In this document: in pieces, positions 8,639 to 17,330 of the stretch
How the letters are laid out: each line of letters starts with the position of its first letter
How positions within the stretch are numbered: the first letter of the stretch is position 1
Virus record (IMG/VR): IMGVR_UViG_3300025368_000001
DNA: 20,000 nucleotides
Direction: 5' to 3' (one strand)
DNA from: an uncultured virus (IMG/VR IMGVR_UViG_3300025368_000001)
Taxonomy: Duplodnaviria > Heunggongvirae > Uroviricota > Caudoviricetes
Program-made: the position numbers and the translations under genes
The notes under the pieces: model-generated
Database searches by the model: none
What the model was told of the DNA's origin: nothing
Seen by the model: only the letters and a program-made list of their open reading frames with translations

Positions 8639-9202
8639 ATGACTTACACCGAAAAAGACTTCTCTGTATTCCCATACAATCCTCTTGTCAAAAAGGACTT
8701 GGATAAATTCATTGCGACTATTCCGGATGAATATAAAAGTCATTCGCATATACACGGGTTAATAGCCTACACAATGCTGATGTATGACCCAAAAAGCATA
8801 CTGATAGTCCGTGAAAGAGAAATAGACCAACGCAAAAGAACTGCCGCAGAATTAGCTAATCTGAAAGAAATGGAGGATTACTTCACACTATCTGATGGAA
8901 CGCTAATGTCATTGGTTATATGGTATCTGAAAACACAGGTTAAAAGCCGTGAGTTCGCAGCGATAGTAGCACTAGAATATAAGTTTTGGGAAAATATATC
9001 TGAGCTGATGTCACCGATAGTCGGAGAAAGCAACAAGGAACGCTTAGAAGCTGCTCAAAAAAAGGCTGTAATATCTCAGGAGATAGATAGTGACATCGCT
9101 AAACTAAACCGCTATTACAAGGACTTTTTCGGAGATGATGATGCTATTAGTACCCAAGTAAGGAAACAATCATTCAGACCAGAAAACTTCGCTAGAAAGT
9201 AA
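8639..9202 (+). CDS. Probable terminase small subunit or conserved terminase-linked protein (187 aa)
   Basis: Helical, charged protein ending 3 nt before the TerL start; the call is positional only. Confidence 0.5.
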   Translation: MTYTEKDFSVFPYNPLVKKDLDKFIATIPDEYKSHSHIHGLIAYTMLMYDPKSILIVREREIDQRKRTAAELANLKEMEDYFTLSDGTLMSLVIWYLKTQVKSREFAAIVALEYKFWENISELMSPIVGESNKERLEAAQKKAVISQEIDSDIAKLNRYYKDFFGDDDAISTQVRKQSFRPENFARK

Positions 9203-9205
9203 TCT

Positions 9206-11254
9206 ATGTACAAAAGCATAAAAGGTGGTAGTGTAGAAAAAATTGACAACGGTGACGGCTATTTTTATAACTGCCAATTACCACCAGTAGGCTATGGTAT
9301 AAACGTATGGAACGGTGAACTTGAACATATAGGCATCGTTAAAAATTCGCCACTAGAATCAAAGCAGTTTTTCACTAGAACATTACTTCCTGCTGATTGG
9401 GCTAAACGTAGGTACAACGAAACTCAAAAACAACTGACAGACACAAACTTTTACGACAGCACACTTCTTTCTTTTGAAGAACAACAATGGAAATACAGAC
9501 TTTGCGGCTATTGGTTTTATAACAACGGTACTCCGACTTATATCACGGGATTGCACTATATGTACATTAATTGGTGGAAGTTTCAAGGCAACTTTATGGA
9601 TTACCGTGAGACCGATAGAAAGTTTTTCTACATTTGGAATTATTGCGAGAACGACCCGAATTGTTTAGGACTTATCAGTTTCACCAAACGTAGACAAGGT
9701 AAAACAGCCAAAGCAGGAATAGTATTATACGAATACATTTCACGTTCTGCTAATGCTCACGGGGGCATTCAATCTAAGACCGACCAAGACGGTAAAATAG
9801 TTTTCTCAAAAGCAGTAGTACAACCATGGAAAAAACTACCCGACTTCTTCCGACCTAAACATTGGGATACAAGCGGTGGGGATACGCCTAGCGAAACACT
9901 TAAATTCTTCAAGCCTTCACAAAGAGGTAAAAAGGCTAATCAGATAAAGTTTGATGATGAAGATGAAAATAGCTTAGAAAGTTATATCGACTACGGAACC
10001 AGGAAGATTGAACACTACGATGGACAACCATTGCATAGATACGTTTCTGACGAGTGTGGTAAGTTAAAAGATATTGATATTGTTGAAAGGCATAATACCG
10101 TAATGTTTTGTAGTGAGGAAGATGGCGTTTATGTAGGGAAACATCTGTACATAACAACGGTAGAAGAAATGGAAGCAGGAGGTGCGGCGTTCAAGAACCT
10201 CGTTAAAATGAGTGACCCCAAAGAAAAAAACAGTTTAGGTCGCACTGCAACGGGGCTTTATACTCACTTCTTACCTGCAAACAAAGCAATGTATCGCAAA
10301 GAATACAAGCTGGATAAGTTTGGTTTCGCCGATATTGAATTTGCGAAAGAGTATGATGGCCAAAGAAGAACATCACTTAGAAACACACCTTCAGCACTTG
10401 CCTCTTATATCCGAAAAAATCCTAACAGTATCCGTGAAGCATTTTACATTGATAATAATAAGTGCCTGTATAACTCAGTAAAACTAAACGACAGACTAGA
10501 CTATCTAGAATGGGCTTCTAAAGACGTGATAGTACAAGGGAATTTCAGTTGGGAGAACGGGGTTAAGGATAGTAAAGTTATATTCAAGCCTAGCAAAAAC
10601 GGTAAATTTAAAGTAGTAGGCGAATATTTAGATAAGGTGCAGTCTAATATGGTTGAGTATAACGGTAATGTATGTGTCCCTAAAAATATCAATCACATTG
10701 TTGGTTTAGATCCGTTCGACCACGATACAGTAGAAGATAACAGGCGTTCAGATGCGGCAGGGTATGTATTGAAGAAGAATGACCCTTTAGATAGTTCGCC
10801 ATATAATAAAGCATTTGTTTGCCAATATTTACACCGTCCTCCAACTGCGGCTATTATGTATGAGGATATGATACTTATGTGTGTATTCTTTGGTTGTAAG
10901 ATGTTATTTGAAAGCCAAAAGATAGGTATCAAAAGGTATTTTTGTGATAGAGGTTATGAGAAGTTCTTAATTAAACTACCAGATGCTTCTGACTATGGTA
11001 TTCCTTCAACACCTGCTAATAAACAAACAATGGCAGAACTTACCGAGGACTATATCGAAAACTATATAGATAACGTTTATTTCTCCGAACTAATTAATGA
11101 TTGGCTATTGTTCGATTTAAAGAATACGCAAAAGTATGATGCTGCTATGGGTGCCGGCTATGCCTTAATAGGTGATATGCACACATTGGTAAAGAAAAAG
11201 ACTAGCGAAATGACCGATATTACAAGTTTTTTCCGTCAAAATTCTGTTTATTAA
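9206..11254 (+). CDS. terL: Terminase large subunit
   Basis: Walker A-like KRRQGKT, Walker B YVSDECGK, coupling-motif-like YITT, RNase H-fold nuclease motifs IVGLDP, MLFESQ and YDAAM; lies upstream of portal and capsid genes. Confidence 0.93.
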   Translation: MYKSIKGGSVEKIDNGDGYFYNCQLPPVGYGINVWNGELEHIGIVKNSPLESKQFFTRTLLPADWAKRRYNETQKQLTDTNFYDSTLLSFEEQQWKYRLCGYWFYNNGTPTYITGLHYMYINWWKFQGNFMDYRETDRKFFYIWNYCENDPNCLGLISFTKRRQGKTAKAGIVLYEYISRSANAHGGIQSKTDQDGKIVFSKAVVQPWKKLPDFFRPKHWDTSGGDTPSETLKFFKPSQRGKKANQIKFDDEDENSLESYIDYGTRKIEHYDGQPLHRYVSDECGKLKDIDIVERHNTVMFCSEEDGVYVGKHLYITTVEEMEAGGAAFKNLVKMSDPKEKNSLGRTATGLYTHFLPANKAMYRKEYKLDKFGFADIEFAKEYDGQRRTSLRNTPSALASYIRKNPNSIREAFYIDNNKCLYNSVKLNDRLDYLEWASKDVIVQGNFSWENGVKDSKVIFKPSKNGKFKVVGEYLDKVQSNMVEYNGNVCVPKNINHIVGLDPFDHDTVEDNRRSDAAGYVLKKNDPLDSSPYNKAFVCQYLHRPPTAAIMYEDMILMCVFFGCKMLFESQKIGIKRYFCDRGYEKFLIKLPDASDYGIPSTPANKQTMAELTEDYIENYIDNVYFSELINDWLLFDLKNTQKYDAAMGAGYALIGDMHTLVKKKTSEMTDITSFFRQNSVY

Positions 11255-11279
11255 AAACCCCTGCCATTGCTGACAGGGG
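11252..11279 (-). terminator. Intrinsic terminator with GCAA tetraloop, minus strand, convergent with the terL stop
   Basis: Minus strand: CCCCUGUCA-GCAA-UGGCAGGGG-UUUUU. Confidence 0.8.
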
Positions 11280-11305
11280 AAACACACAAACAACAAAAAG
11301 CAATG

Positions 11306-11350
11306 CAATAATAATTTGATATAGCAACACTTTATTTGTTGTTTAACCCA
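11306..11350 (-). promoter_or_regulatory. Shared promoter motif, copy 2 (minus strand), pointing at the 11252-11279 terminator
   Basis: Minus strand TGGGTTAAACAACAAATAAA-gtg-TTG-N11-TATTATTG; the first 20 nt match 14602-14621 at 19 of 20 positions. Confidence 0.55.
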
Positions 11351-11357
11351 TTAAAAC

Positions 11358-11393
11358 TAAATGGGCTATCTAAATTAATAGACAGCCCATTTA
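11358..11393 (-). terminator. Hairpin terminator of the RyR/Hc1-like cassette
   Basis: Minus strand UAAAUGGGCUGUCUA-UUAAUU-UAGAUAGCCCAUUUA followed by GUUUU; 15-bp stem with one G.U pair, 25 nt after the Hc1-like stop. Confidence 0.7.
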
Positions 11394-11418
11394 TCTTGCT
11401 TGTTTTACCTTCTCTATT

Positions 11419-11598
11419 TTACGCTTCGATATTCTTTTTTGTGCTTACATCTTCTCTGATTTCTTGCGAAACAGATTTAATTTCCTGCATAATCTTTCTC
11501 AGGCGTGTACCGGCAGCCTTGTTCTCTTTTTCGTAAAATAACTTTCCTTCTTTTTCCGCATCCTTTACAAGTGCAGATAACTTTTTGATAAAATCCAT
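11419..11598 (-). CDS. Hc1 / histone-H1-like small protein of the Bacteroidota type (59 aa), absent from the ORF track
   Basis: Translation: MDFIKKLSALVKDAEKEGKLFYEKENKAAGTRLRKIMQEIKSVSQEIREDVSTKKNIEA; FYEKxNKAAGTRxRK matches the signature I recall for the short Bacteroidota 'histone H1' (Hc1 family) proteins. Confidence 0.85.
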   Translation of the reverse strand: MDFIKKLSALVKDAEKEGKLFYEKENKAAGTRLRKIMQEIKSVSQEIREDVSTKKNIEA

Positions 11599-11659
11599 TG
11601 TTTGTAGTTTATGCCTTGCGGCGGTTATTAAAAATGCTTGTTTGTTGATTAATCAGTAA

Positions 11660-12064
11660 CTACCCTTGCGTATTACCTTCTACTTGTGTCTCGGTTTCTG
11701 TTTTTACCACTATCGGCTTTAAAGCGTCAACGATTGCACAGAAAAGGGTATCTTTTTTTTGTTGGAACTCAGGCAGTTCATTGTAGGGCACGATGCAAGG
11801 GTGCGTTTTTGCAACGGCATCTTTTACTTCGCCATAAACCCAACCTGCATCGATTTTCTCTTTCATCCAGGCGTTGTGCTGCGCATCTGATCCTGCATTA
11901 GGATTGTCGATTCTGAACAACACGCCGTTGATAGCGCTTTCTCTTTGCCACTGTACAGCTTTTTCCCAATCCTGTTGGGTGTCGTCACCATTTGTTTCGC
12001 AAAATGCTTTGTTTGCTTGATGGCATACTTTGGCTATGTATGCGATTTTAACATCTACGTCCAT
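11660..12064 (-). CDS. Stand-alone RyR (ryanodine-receptor repeat) domain protein
   Basis: HNAWMKEKIDAGWVYGEVKDAVAKTHPCIVPYNELPEFQQKKD fits the RyR repeat pattern H..W...K...GW.YG...D...K.HPC.VPY..LP....KD. Confidence 0.88.
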   Translation of the reverse strand: MDVDVKIAYIAKVCHQANKAFCETNGDDTQQDWEKAVQWQRESAINGVLFRIDNPNAGSDAQHNAWMKEKIDAGWVYGEVKDAVAKTHPCIVPYNELPEFQQKKDTLFCAIVDALKPIVVKTETETQVEGNTQG

Positions 12065-12095
12065 TGTTTGTACGTTTTAAATTATTAATAAAGAC

Positions 12096-12103
12096 CAAAA
12101 ATA
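12096..12103 (-). promoter_or_regulatory. -7 element (TATTTTTG) of the promoter for the RyR/Hc1-like cassette
   Basis: Exact TAnnTTTG on the minus strand about 30 nt upstream of ATG 12064; no well-spaced -33 box seen. Confidence 0.5.
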
Positions 12104-12121
12104 CAGCCTTTTATTTGTATT

Positions 12122-12165
12122 TGGGTTAAAATAACAAATAAAATATCTGTAATAGATAAGATTTG
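12122..12165 (+). promoter_or_regulatory. Shared promoter/operator motif, copy 3 (more divergent), upstream of the portal gene
   Basis: TGGGTTAAAATAACAAATAAAATATCTGTA...AAGATTTG; dyad ACAAAT-N5-ATCTGT; the downstream TTTG is 2 nt closer than in the other copies. Confidence 0.5.
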
Positions 12166-12182
12166 CTATAAATAATTAGCAA

Positions 12183-14609
12183 ATGGTAGGTACATATCCC
12201 GATCAAGAGATAGACCCCAAGTTAAAAGGTAAAGATTTTATACTGCAATACTTTAGGGCAGCGTGGGCTGATGCCGGTCAGTACCTACCAATAACTACGT
12301 TTTATAATGGGAGAATTAAGTACAGAGAGATAAGACAGTACGGAATGGGCAAACAGCCTATTGACAAATACAAGAAAATCCTTTTGGGCGATGAGAAGAT
12401 TGACAAGACTTGGTTGAACAACAATTGGAACGTTTACCCCATCATCCCTAAGTACAGGGAAATCATCATATCCAAACTGATGCAGCGGGAAATAGACATC
12501 ACTGCTTATGCGGTAGATGTGCAAAGCCAAAGCGAAGAGGATGCCTATTTCGCAGGTATCCGCACCAAAATGATTATGCGCCAAGCTGCTGAACAAGCAT
12601 CACCAAAACTAGCACAATCACCCGTTTTACAAAGAGCAGCAAACGAACCGGAAGATTTAGACCAACTGAATATAGAGGCGCAATTCGGATATAAGTCTAA
12701 CTTTTCTATAATGGCTGAGAATGCCATAAACTTTGTATTACAATCAGGTACAGTTGATAGAGAACGTAAAAAAGTATGCGAGGCGTTGGTCGATTTCGGT
12801 GTTGCAGGATACTACTATTGGATTAACCAAGCGGGTATAGTCGAGTATAAGGCGTTGGACGTACAGACTTTGATTACCTCTTACTGTAAAGAACCCGACT
12901 TCTCAGACTTGCAACATTGGGGAGTGATAGAAGAAGTATTGGTAGCTGATTTAGCTCCATATTTTACTCAGGCAGAACTAAATACTATCTGTTCTACACA
13001 TATTGGAATATTGGGCAATCCTAACACATTTGACCTTAACTCAGGTATAGGTAACTATACCCGTTTTAAATGTCAGGTATTTGTTGGGCAGTTTCTTAGT
13101 TGGAATACAAACGTAATGGAGGATAAGGTTGATAAAAAAGGCAATCCTCGCTTTATGAAAACAGATTACTCTAAACTAGCCGAAGCGAAAGCACTTGAAC
13201 CTGATGGCACACCAAAATATACAAGTTTTAAAACTAAAGTAGTATATCAAGGCAAATGGATTATAGGTACTGAGTTTATGTATGACTACGGATTGGCTAA
13301 AAACCAAAAACGTAAAGCATCGAATTGGTGGGATACTTCACTTGATATTTGCCTATACGCCTGGAACTTTGATAGAATGGTGTTTACGGGTATTACAGAA
13401 CGTTTGATACCAAGTGCCGATGATTACCAACTTACAAAAATGAGATTGGCGCATCTTAAAATGAAGCTGATACCATACCTAATTAACCTTGACTTAGATG
13501 CACTAGAAAATGTTGCGCTTAGTAAAGGCGGTAAGGGTATGGAACCTGCGGAACTGATAGACTTCATGTTGCAAAACAACGTGGTACTATACAGAAGCAA
13601 GGACGTGTCCAATGGCAACCCTAACTACAAGCCAGCCAACATAGAGGCTAGTGGTATGCTAGAGGCATTCCCGCAACTTTATAATGACTTAGCTAATACC
13701 TTACAGGAAATTCAGAATATAAGTGGATTTAATGCCCTTACGGACGGTACAAGCGTTAACCCTAAAATGTTGAACGGCGTGGCCACCATGCAGGAAGCAG
13801 GAACGAACAATGCTATGTACCTTCTAAGCGATGCCGACAAGCACCTGTTATTGGAACTATCCAATGCTATACTCCTCAAATTGCAAATTGCAGTTAAGCT
13901 AGGAAAAGTTGAAGGGTATACAAGGGCTTTAGGTACGAATGCGGTAAAAATATTCCAATTATCTCCCGAAATATCGGCGAGGGAGTTCGCCATCTTCTTA
14001 GATGATGCGCCTACAACGATGGAAAGACAGGAGTTTATGGCTGAGTTAGCTAAGTACAATGCAGAAGGATTGATTGACCCGTCCGATTATTACACTATTA
14101 AATGGACTAGAGACCTAAAACAAGCACAGGCTACTATTGCCTATAAGATTAAGAAGAAGATTGACCAAAAGCAACAACAAGCATTACAACAACAACAAAT
14201 GAACGGTCAAATTCAAATGCAGTCTGCACAAGCGGCTGAACAGATGAAGCAGCAAACATTGTCAATCGCCCACGAATACAAGATGCAGGAGTTGAACGTG
14301 ACAGGACAATGGAATTACGCAATAGCAGAAGTAGGGGCAGCGAAAGTAGTGAATGCTGCACAAGTGGCAGGACAAGCGAAAACTATCGCAGCCACCATTG
14401 CCGCAGATGCAAAAAAGCACGGCGATATTCTGAATCATATCGACACGGGCAATGGCATAACGCCTATTAACCCCGTACAAGTACCGCCACCACCGATGCC
14501 ACAGCAACAGCAACAAATGCCGATGCAGGAAGGTTCACCGCAGGAACAAGCCACCGATACAGGGGGTGAAATGCCCGATGAATCGCAAGAACAACCGCAA
14601 ATGGGTTAA
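12183..14609 (+). CDS. Portal protein (crAss-like, 808 aa)
   Basis: Size and position between TerL and scaffold/capsid; PIIPKY near the N-terminus, IQNISGFN stem-like motif, Q-rich C-terminal coiled-coil barrel as in P22-like and crAss-like portals. Confidence 0.85.
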   Translation: MVGTYPDQEIDPKLKGKDFILQYFRAAWADAGQYLPITTFYNGRIKYREIRQYGMGKQPIDKYKKILLGDEKIDKTWLNNNWNVYPIIPKYREIIISKLMQREIDITAYAVDVQSQSEEDAYFAGIRTKMIMRQAAEQASPKLAQSPVLQRAANEPEDLDQLNIEAQFGYKSNFSIMAENAINFVLQSGTVDRERKKVCEALVDFGVAGYYYWINQAGIVEYKALDVQTLITSYCKEPDFSDLQHWGVIEEVLVADLAPYFTQAELNTICSTHIGILGNPNTFDLNSGIGNYTRFKCQVFVGQFLSWNTNVMEDKVDKKGNPRFMKTDYSKLAEAKALEPDGTPKYTSFKTKVVYQGKWIIGTEFMYDYGLAKNQKRKASNWWDTSLDICLYAWNFDRMVFTGITERLIPSADDYQLTKMRLAHLKMKLIPYLINLDLDALENVALSKGGKGMEPAELIDFMLQNNVVLYRSKDVSNGNPNYKPANIEASGMLEAFPQLYNDLANTLQEIQNISGFNALTDGTSVNPKMLNGVATMQEAGTNNAMYLLSDADKHLLLELSNAILLKLQIAVKLGKVEGYTRALGTNAVKIFQLSPEISAREFAIFLDDAPTTMERQEFMAELAKYNAEGLIDPSDYYTIKWTRDLKQAQATIAYKIKKKIDQKQQQALQQQQMNGQIQMQSAQAAEQMKQQTLSIAHEYKMQELNVTGQWNYAIAEVGAAKVVNAAQVAGQAKTIAATIAADAKKHGDILNHIDTGNGITPINPVQVPPPPMPQQQQQMPMQEGSPQEQATDTGGEMPDESQEQPQMG

Positions 14610-14646
14610 ATAACAAATAAATAATTGTAGCACACAAATATTTTTG
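14602..14646 (+). promoter_or_regulatory. Shared promoter motif, copy 4, overlapping the portal stop and upstream of scaffold/MCP
   Basis: TGGGTTAAATAACAAATAAA-taa-TTG-N11-TATTTTTG; dyad ACAAAT-aaat-AATTGT. Confidence 0.65.
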
Positions 14647-14673
14647 GTATAAATACAAACAAAAGCACTTTTT

Positions 14674-15789
14674 ATGGAAGGAGATACAGTAACAGTACAA
14701 GACTTTTTAAATAGACAAGCAGAGGTAGAAACCCCTGCTGCAACAGTTGTTGCTACACCTGCCGAAGGTCAACAACAAACCCCTGCCGCAGATAGTACTC
14801 AAACGCAACAAGTAGAAATACCTGCTGCTGATACTACACCTGCCGTTGAAGATATTACCAAAACATCATTTGCTGTACCGGATAGATTTAAGACCGCTAC
14901 TACACCTGATGATGGGCAACAAGCACCTGCCGCAATGGATTGGAGAGAGGCTTTGAAAGCAGTACCTAAAGAGGAGTTGCTGAAAGAATTAGGCTTTGAC
15001 CCTTTTGCCGTTCAACTAAATGAGCATATCAAAAAAGGTGGTAGTGCAGAGGATTATCTGAAAGCGAAAGCAGTTGACTACACAAAAGTGCCTGATACTA
15101 TTCTTGCAAAAGAAGCATTAAAAGCAGAATACCCAACACTTTCAGAGGATGATATAGAGGAAATGTACAACGATAAGTACAAACAAGATGACTTTGCTAC
15201 GGACGATGAGAAGCGTAGAGGTGCGGTGTATATGAAAGCCGATGCCGCAAAGCAAAGACAAAGACTGATAGACGAACAACAAAATTTCAAACTGCCTGAA
15301 GCACCTGCTGCTGCACAAACAAGCATTAGCGCAGAAGAGCAAGCTAAACAGGCTGCAAAATTAATCTCAGACACAATCACATATTTGAATACTAGCGACA
15401 ACAATATTAAATCACTCAATGAAAGCAAGAGTCTTGCCGTAAGTGTAGGTGAAAATGTTGAGCCGTTTAAGTTTGAAATAGATGATCCGAGTGTAATCAC
15501 CAGGGCTATTGCAGATGTATCATTTCTAAGCCAAATCCTTTCGGACGATAAAGGAGTGCTTGACACCCGAAAGGCGCAGGAAATGGTAATGTTCGCACTT
15601 AACCCTGAGAACTTTAAGAAATCAATAGTGAATTACGGAAAACAGTTGGCTTTGAGAGAAATGGTGGCTAGTGGCCAGAACGCAGGACTTCCAAAAACAC
15701 CAACGGGAGACGTAAAAAATGAAACACTACAAGATGCTTTCAGAAAAGCTAGAACAGTTACACTTGGGAGTGCGCTTGGGAGAGGGTAA
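14674..15789 (+). CDS. Probable capsid scaffolding protein (371 aa)
   Basis: Acidic, helical, disordered T/P/A/Q-rich N-terminus and basic C-terminal tip; lies between portal and MCP. Confidence 0.7.
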   Translation: MEGDTVTVQDFLNRQAEVETPAATVVATPAEGQQQTPAADSTQTQQVEIPAADTTPAVEDITKTSFAVPDRFKTATTPDDGQQAPAAMDWREALKAVPKEELLKELGFDPFAVQLNEHIKKGGSAEDYLKAKAVDYTKVPDTILAKEALKAEYPTLSEDDIEEMYNDKYKQDDFATDDEKRRGAVYMKADAAKQRQRLIDEQQNFKLPEAPAAAQTSISAEEQAKQAAKLISDTITYLNTSDNNIKSLNESKSLAVSVGENVEPFKFEIDDPSVITRAIADVSFLSQILSDDKGVLDTRKAQEMVMFALNPENFKKSIVNYGKQLALREMVASGQNAGLPKTPTGDVKNETLQDAFRKARTVTLGSALGRG

Positions 15790-15823
15790 AACAATTTTTT
15801 AAAACAAAGTAAAAATTTTTAAA

Positions 15824-17236
15824 ATGGCAGCTAAATTATCAAATGCTAATGAACTGTTTATATCAGGTATAGATGCGATGTATCTTACCCGTGAAATAAA
15901 CAAAAACGTGACTGACATTGCCAATGATGCGCAATTAACAGACGTACTTTTTATGCTTGACAGGAAGATTCCTACTAAGCAACCTACCTACAACACTTTC
16001 GTGAACGAAACCGTGTTTAAGGCAATTAATACATCTGGTGCAACCATCGCTTATGGTACACAAAGTACAGATGGTAGTGGTACTACTTACAACAAAGCAA
16101 CAATCACTTTGACCGCAGGTAATGCAAACGGTATTGTGAGACCAAATGACATTGTTATCTTAACTAACAAGCAAACAGCCTTAGTTACAAGTGTAACAAC
16201 AACAACCAACCCTAACGACACAATCGTTATTGTAAGCACAACCAATACAGCATTGGGAACAGGCGCAAGCACAGGTAACGTTACCGGTAGCCTTGCAATT
16301 ATATCTGATGCAAGTGGTGAAAACTCAGTAAACCCTAAAAACGTTGTTTTCGGTGCGACTAAGTATTACAACAAAGTCCAGATTTTCCGTGAGGTATCTG
16401 TAATTACTGACGTTGCAAATGCAAGTGCATTGGAAGTACAATATGAAGGACAAGCGAAGTTTGTTATTAAAGACCATTTAGAAAAAATGATTCTTTTGAA
16501 CGGACACATCAACGCTCAAATGATTGGTGGTGAAATGAGTGCTACTTCATTTACAGATGCTACTGTATTCCAAGCTGACCCTACAACTGATACTCTAGGT
16601 AATGGTGGTGGAAACTTCCAAACAACTAGAGGGTTAGATAGCTACATTTCTAGCTATGGTGTTGCTACCGCAGTTGCTTCTGCTAATACTGTTGCTTTAT
16701 CTGACATTGATAGCACTTTGGATGCACTTACTGCTAACCGTGCGCCTAAGAAATATACCGTACTTGGTAGTTCTGCTACAATCAGAGCTTTTGACAAACT
16801 ATGGAAAAACTTAGGTAGTTCTGGTGTTACTTCTGCAAGACTGGTAATCAACGGTAAAGAAATAGACTTCGATGTTGAAAAAGTTTCTTACGGTGGTTAT
16901 GAATTGAACTATTCAGTATTGCCAATACTAGACCAACCTACAATGTTTGCAAGTACAAACATCGTTAAGGATGCTTACTATATTCCTTTGGATAAAATGG
17001 TTAAAATTCAAGGTGGAGGTAATGAACCTGCTATCAGAGTTAGATACTTCCCTGCTGCTACTAAATACTCTACTAACGAATTGTTTAGCGAGTATCATAG
17101 CGGTGGTGAAAACCCAATCAATCCAAATGGTTCAGCAGCAAACTGGACAGTAGGTTATAAATCTATTCAAGGACTTGAAGTTTTGGGCGCACAATTCTTT
17201 GCCCATCAAGGTGTAGGTACTACCTCTACTAACTAA
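15824..17236 (+). CDS. Major capsid protein (HK97-fold, crAss-like, with beta-rich insertion domain)
   Basis: 470 aa; YNKVQIFREVSVIT resembles the N.tQi.r capsid motif, followed by a long helix and TTRGL; follows the scaffold gene and is followed by a strong hairpin. Confidence 0.85.
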   Translation: MAAKLSNANELFISGIDAMYLTREINKNVTDIANDAQLTDVLFMLDRKIPTKQPTYNTFVNETVFKAINTSGATIAYGTQSTDGSGTTYNKATITLTAGNANGIVRPNDIVILTNKQTALVTSVTTTTNPNDTIVIVSTTNTALGTGASTGNVTGSLAIISDASGENSVNPKNVVFGATKYYNKVQIFREVSVITDVANASALEVQYEGQAKFVIKDHLEKMILLNGHINAQMIGGEMSATSFTDATVFQADPTTDTLGNGGGNFQTTRGLDSYISSYGVATAVASANTVALSDIDSTLDALTANRAPKKYTVLGSSATIRAFDKLWKNLGSSGVTSARLVINGKEIDFDVEKVSYGGYELNYSVLPILDQPTMFASTNIVKDAYYIPLDKMVKIQGGGNEPAIRVRYFPAATKYSTNELFSEYHSGGENPINPNGSAANWTVGYKSIQGLEVLGAQFFAHQGVGTTSTN

Positions 17237-17250
17237 GTAGTAAAGAACTA

Positions 17251-17282
17251 AAATAGGCAGGGTAGTGATACCCTGCTTATTT
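17251..17282 (+). terminator. Terminator/attenuator hairpin after MCP (GUGA tetraloop)
   Basis: AAAUAGGCAGGGUA-GUGA-UACCCUGCUUAUUU; 14-bp stem with one G.U pair and a weak U tract. Confidence 0.8.
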
Positions 17283-17330
17283 CTAAATAACACACTTCAC
17301 AATAATTAGTAAACAATAAAAAAGCAAATA

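Noticed and set aside
11336..11536. 66-aa + strand ORF from the track
   Set aside because: It is the antisense shadow of the Hc1-like gene and crosses a terminator hairpin.
11613..11655. Small GCC-GCAA-GGC hairpin (minus strand) and 10-bp palindrome TGATTAATCA between the RyR and Hc1-like genes
   Set aside because: Single occurrences, too short to tell from chance in AT-rich DNA.
11686..11901. 71-aa + strand ORF from the track
   Set aside because: Antisense to the well-supported RyR-domain gene.
9206..17236. Intein, intron or homing endonuclease in terL, portal or MCP
   Set aside because: The ORFs are continuous and of expected length, with no intein splice-junction, LAGLIDADG or HNH motifs seen.
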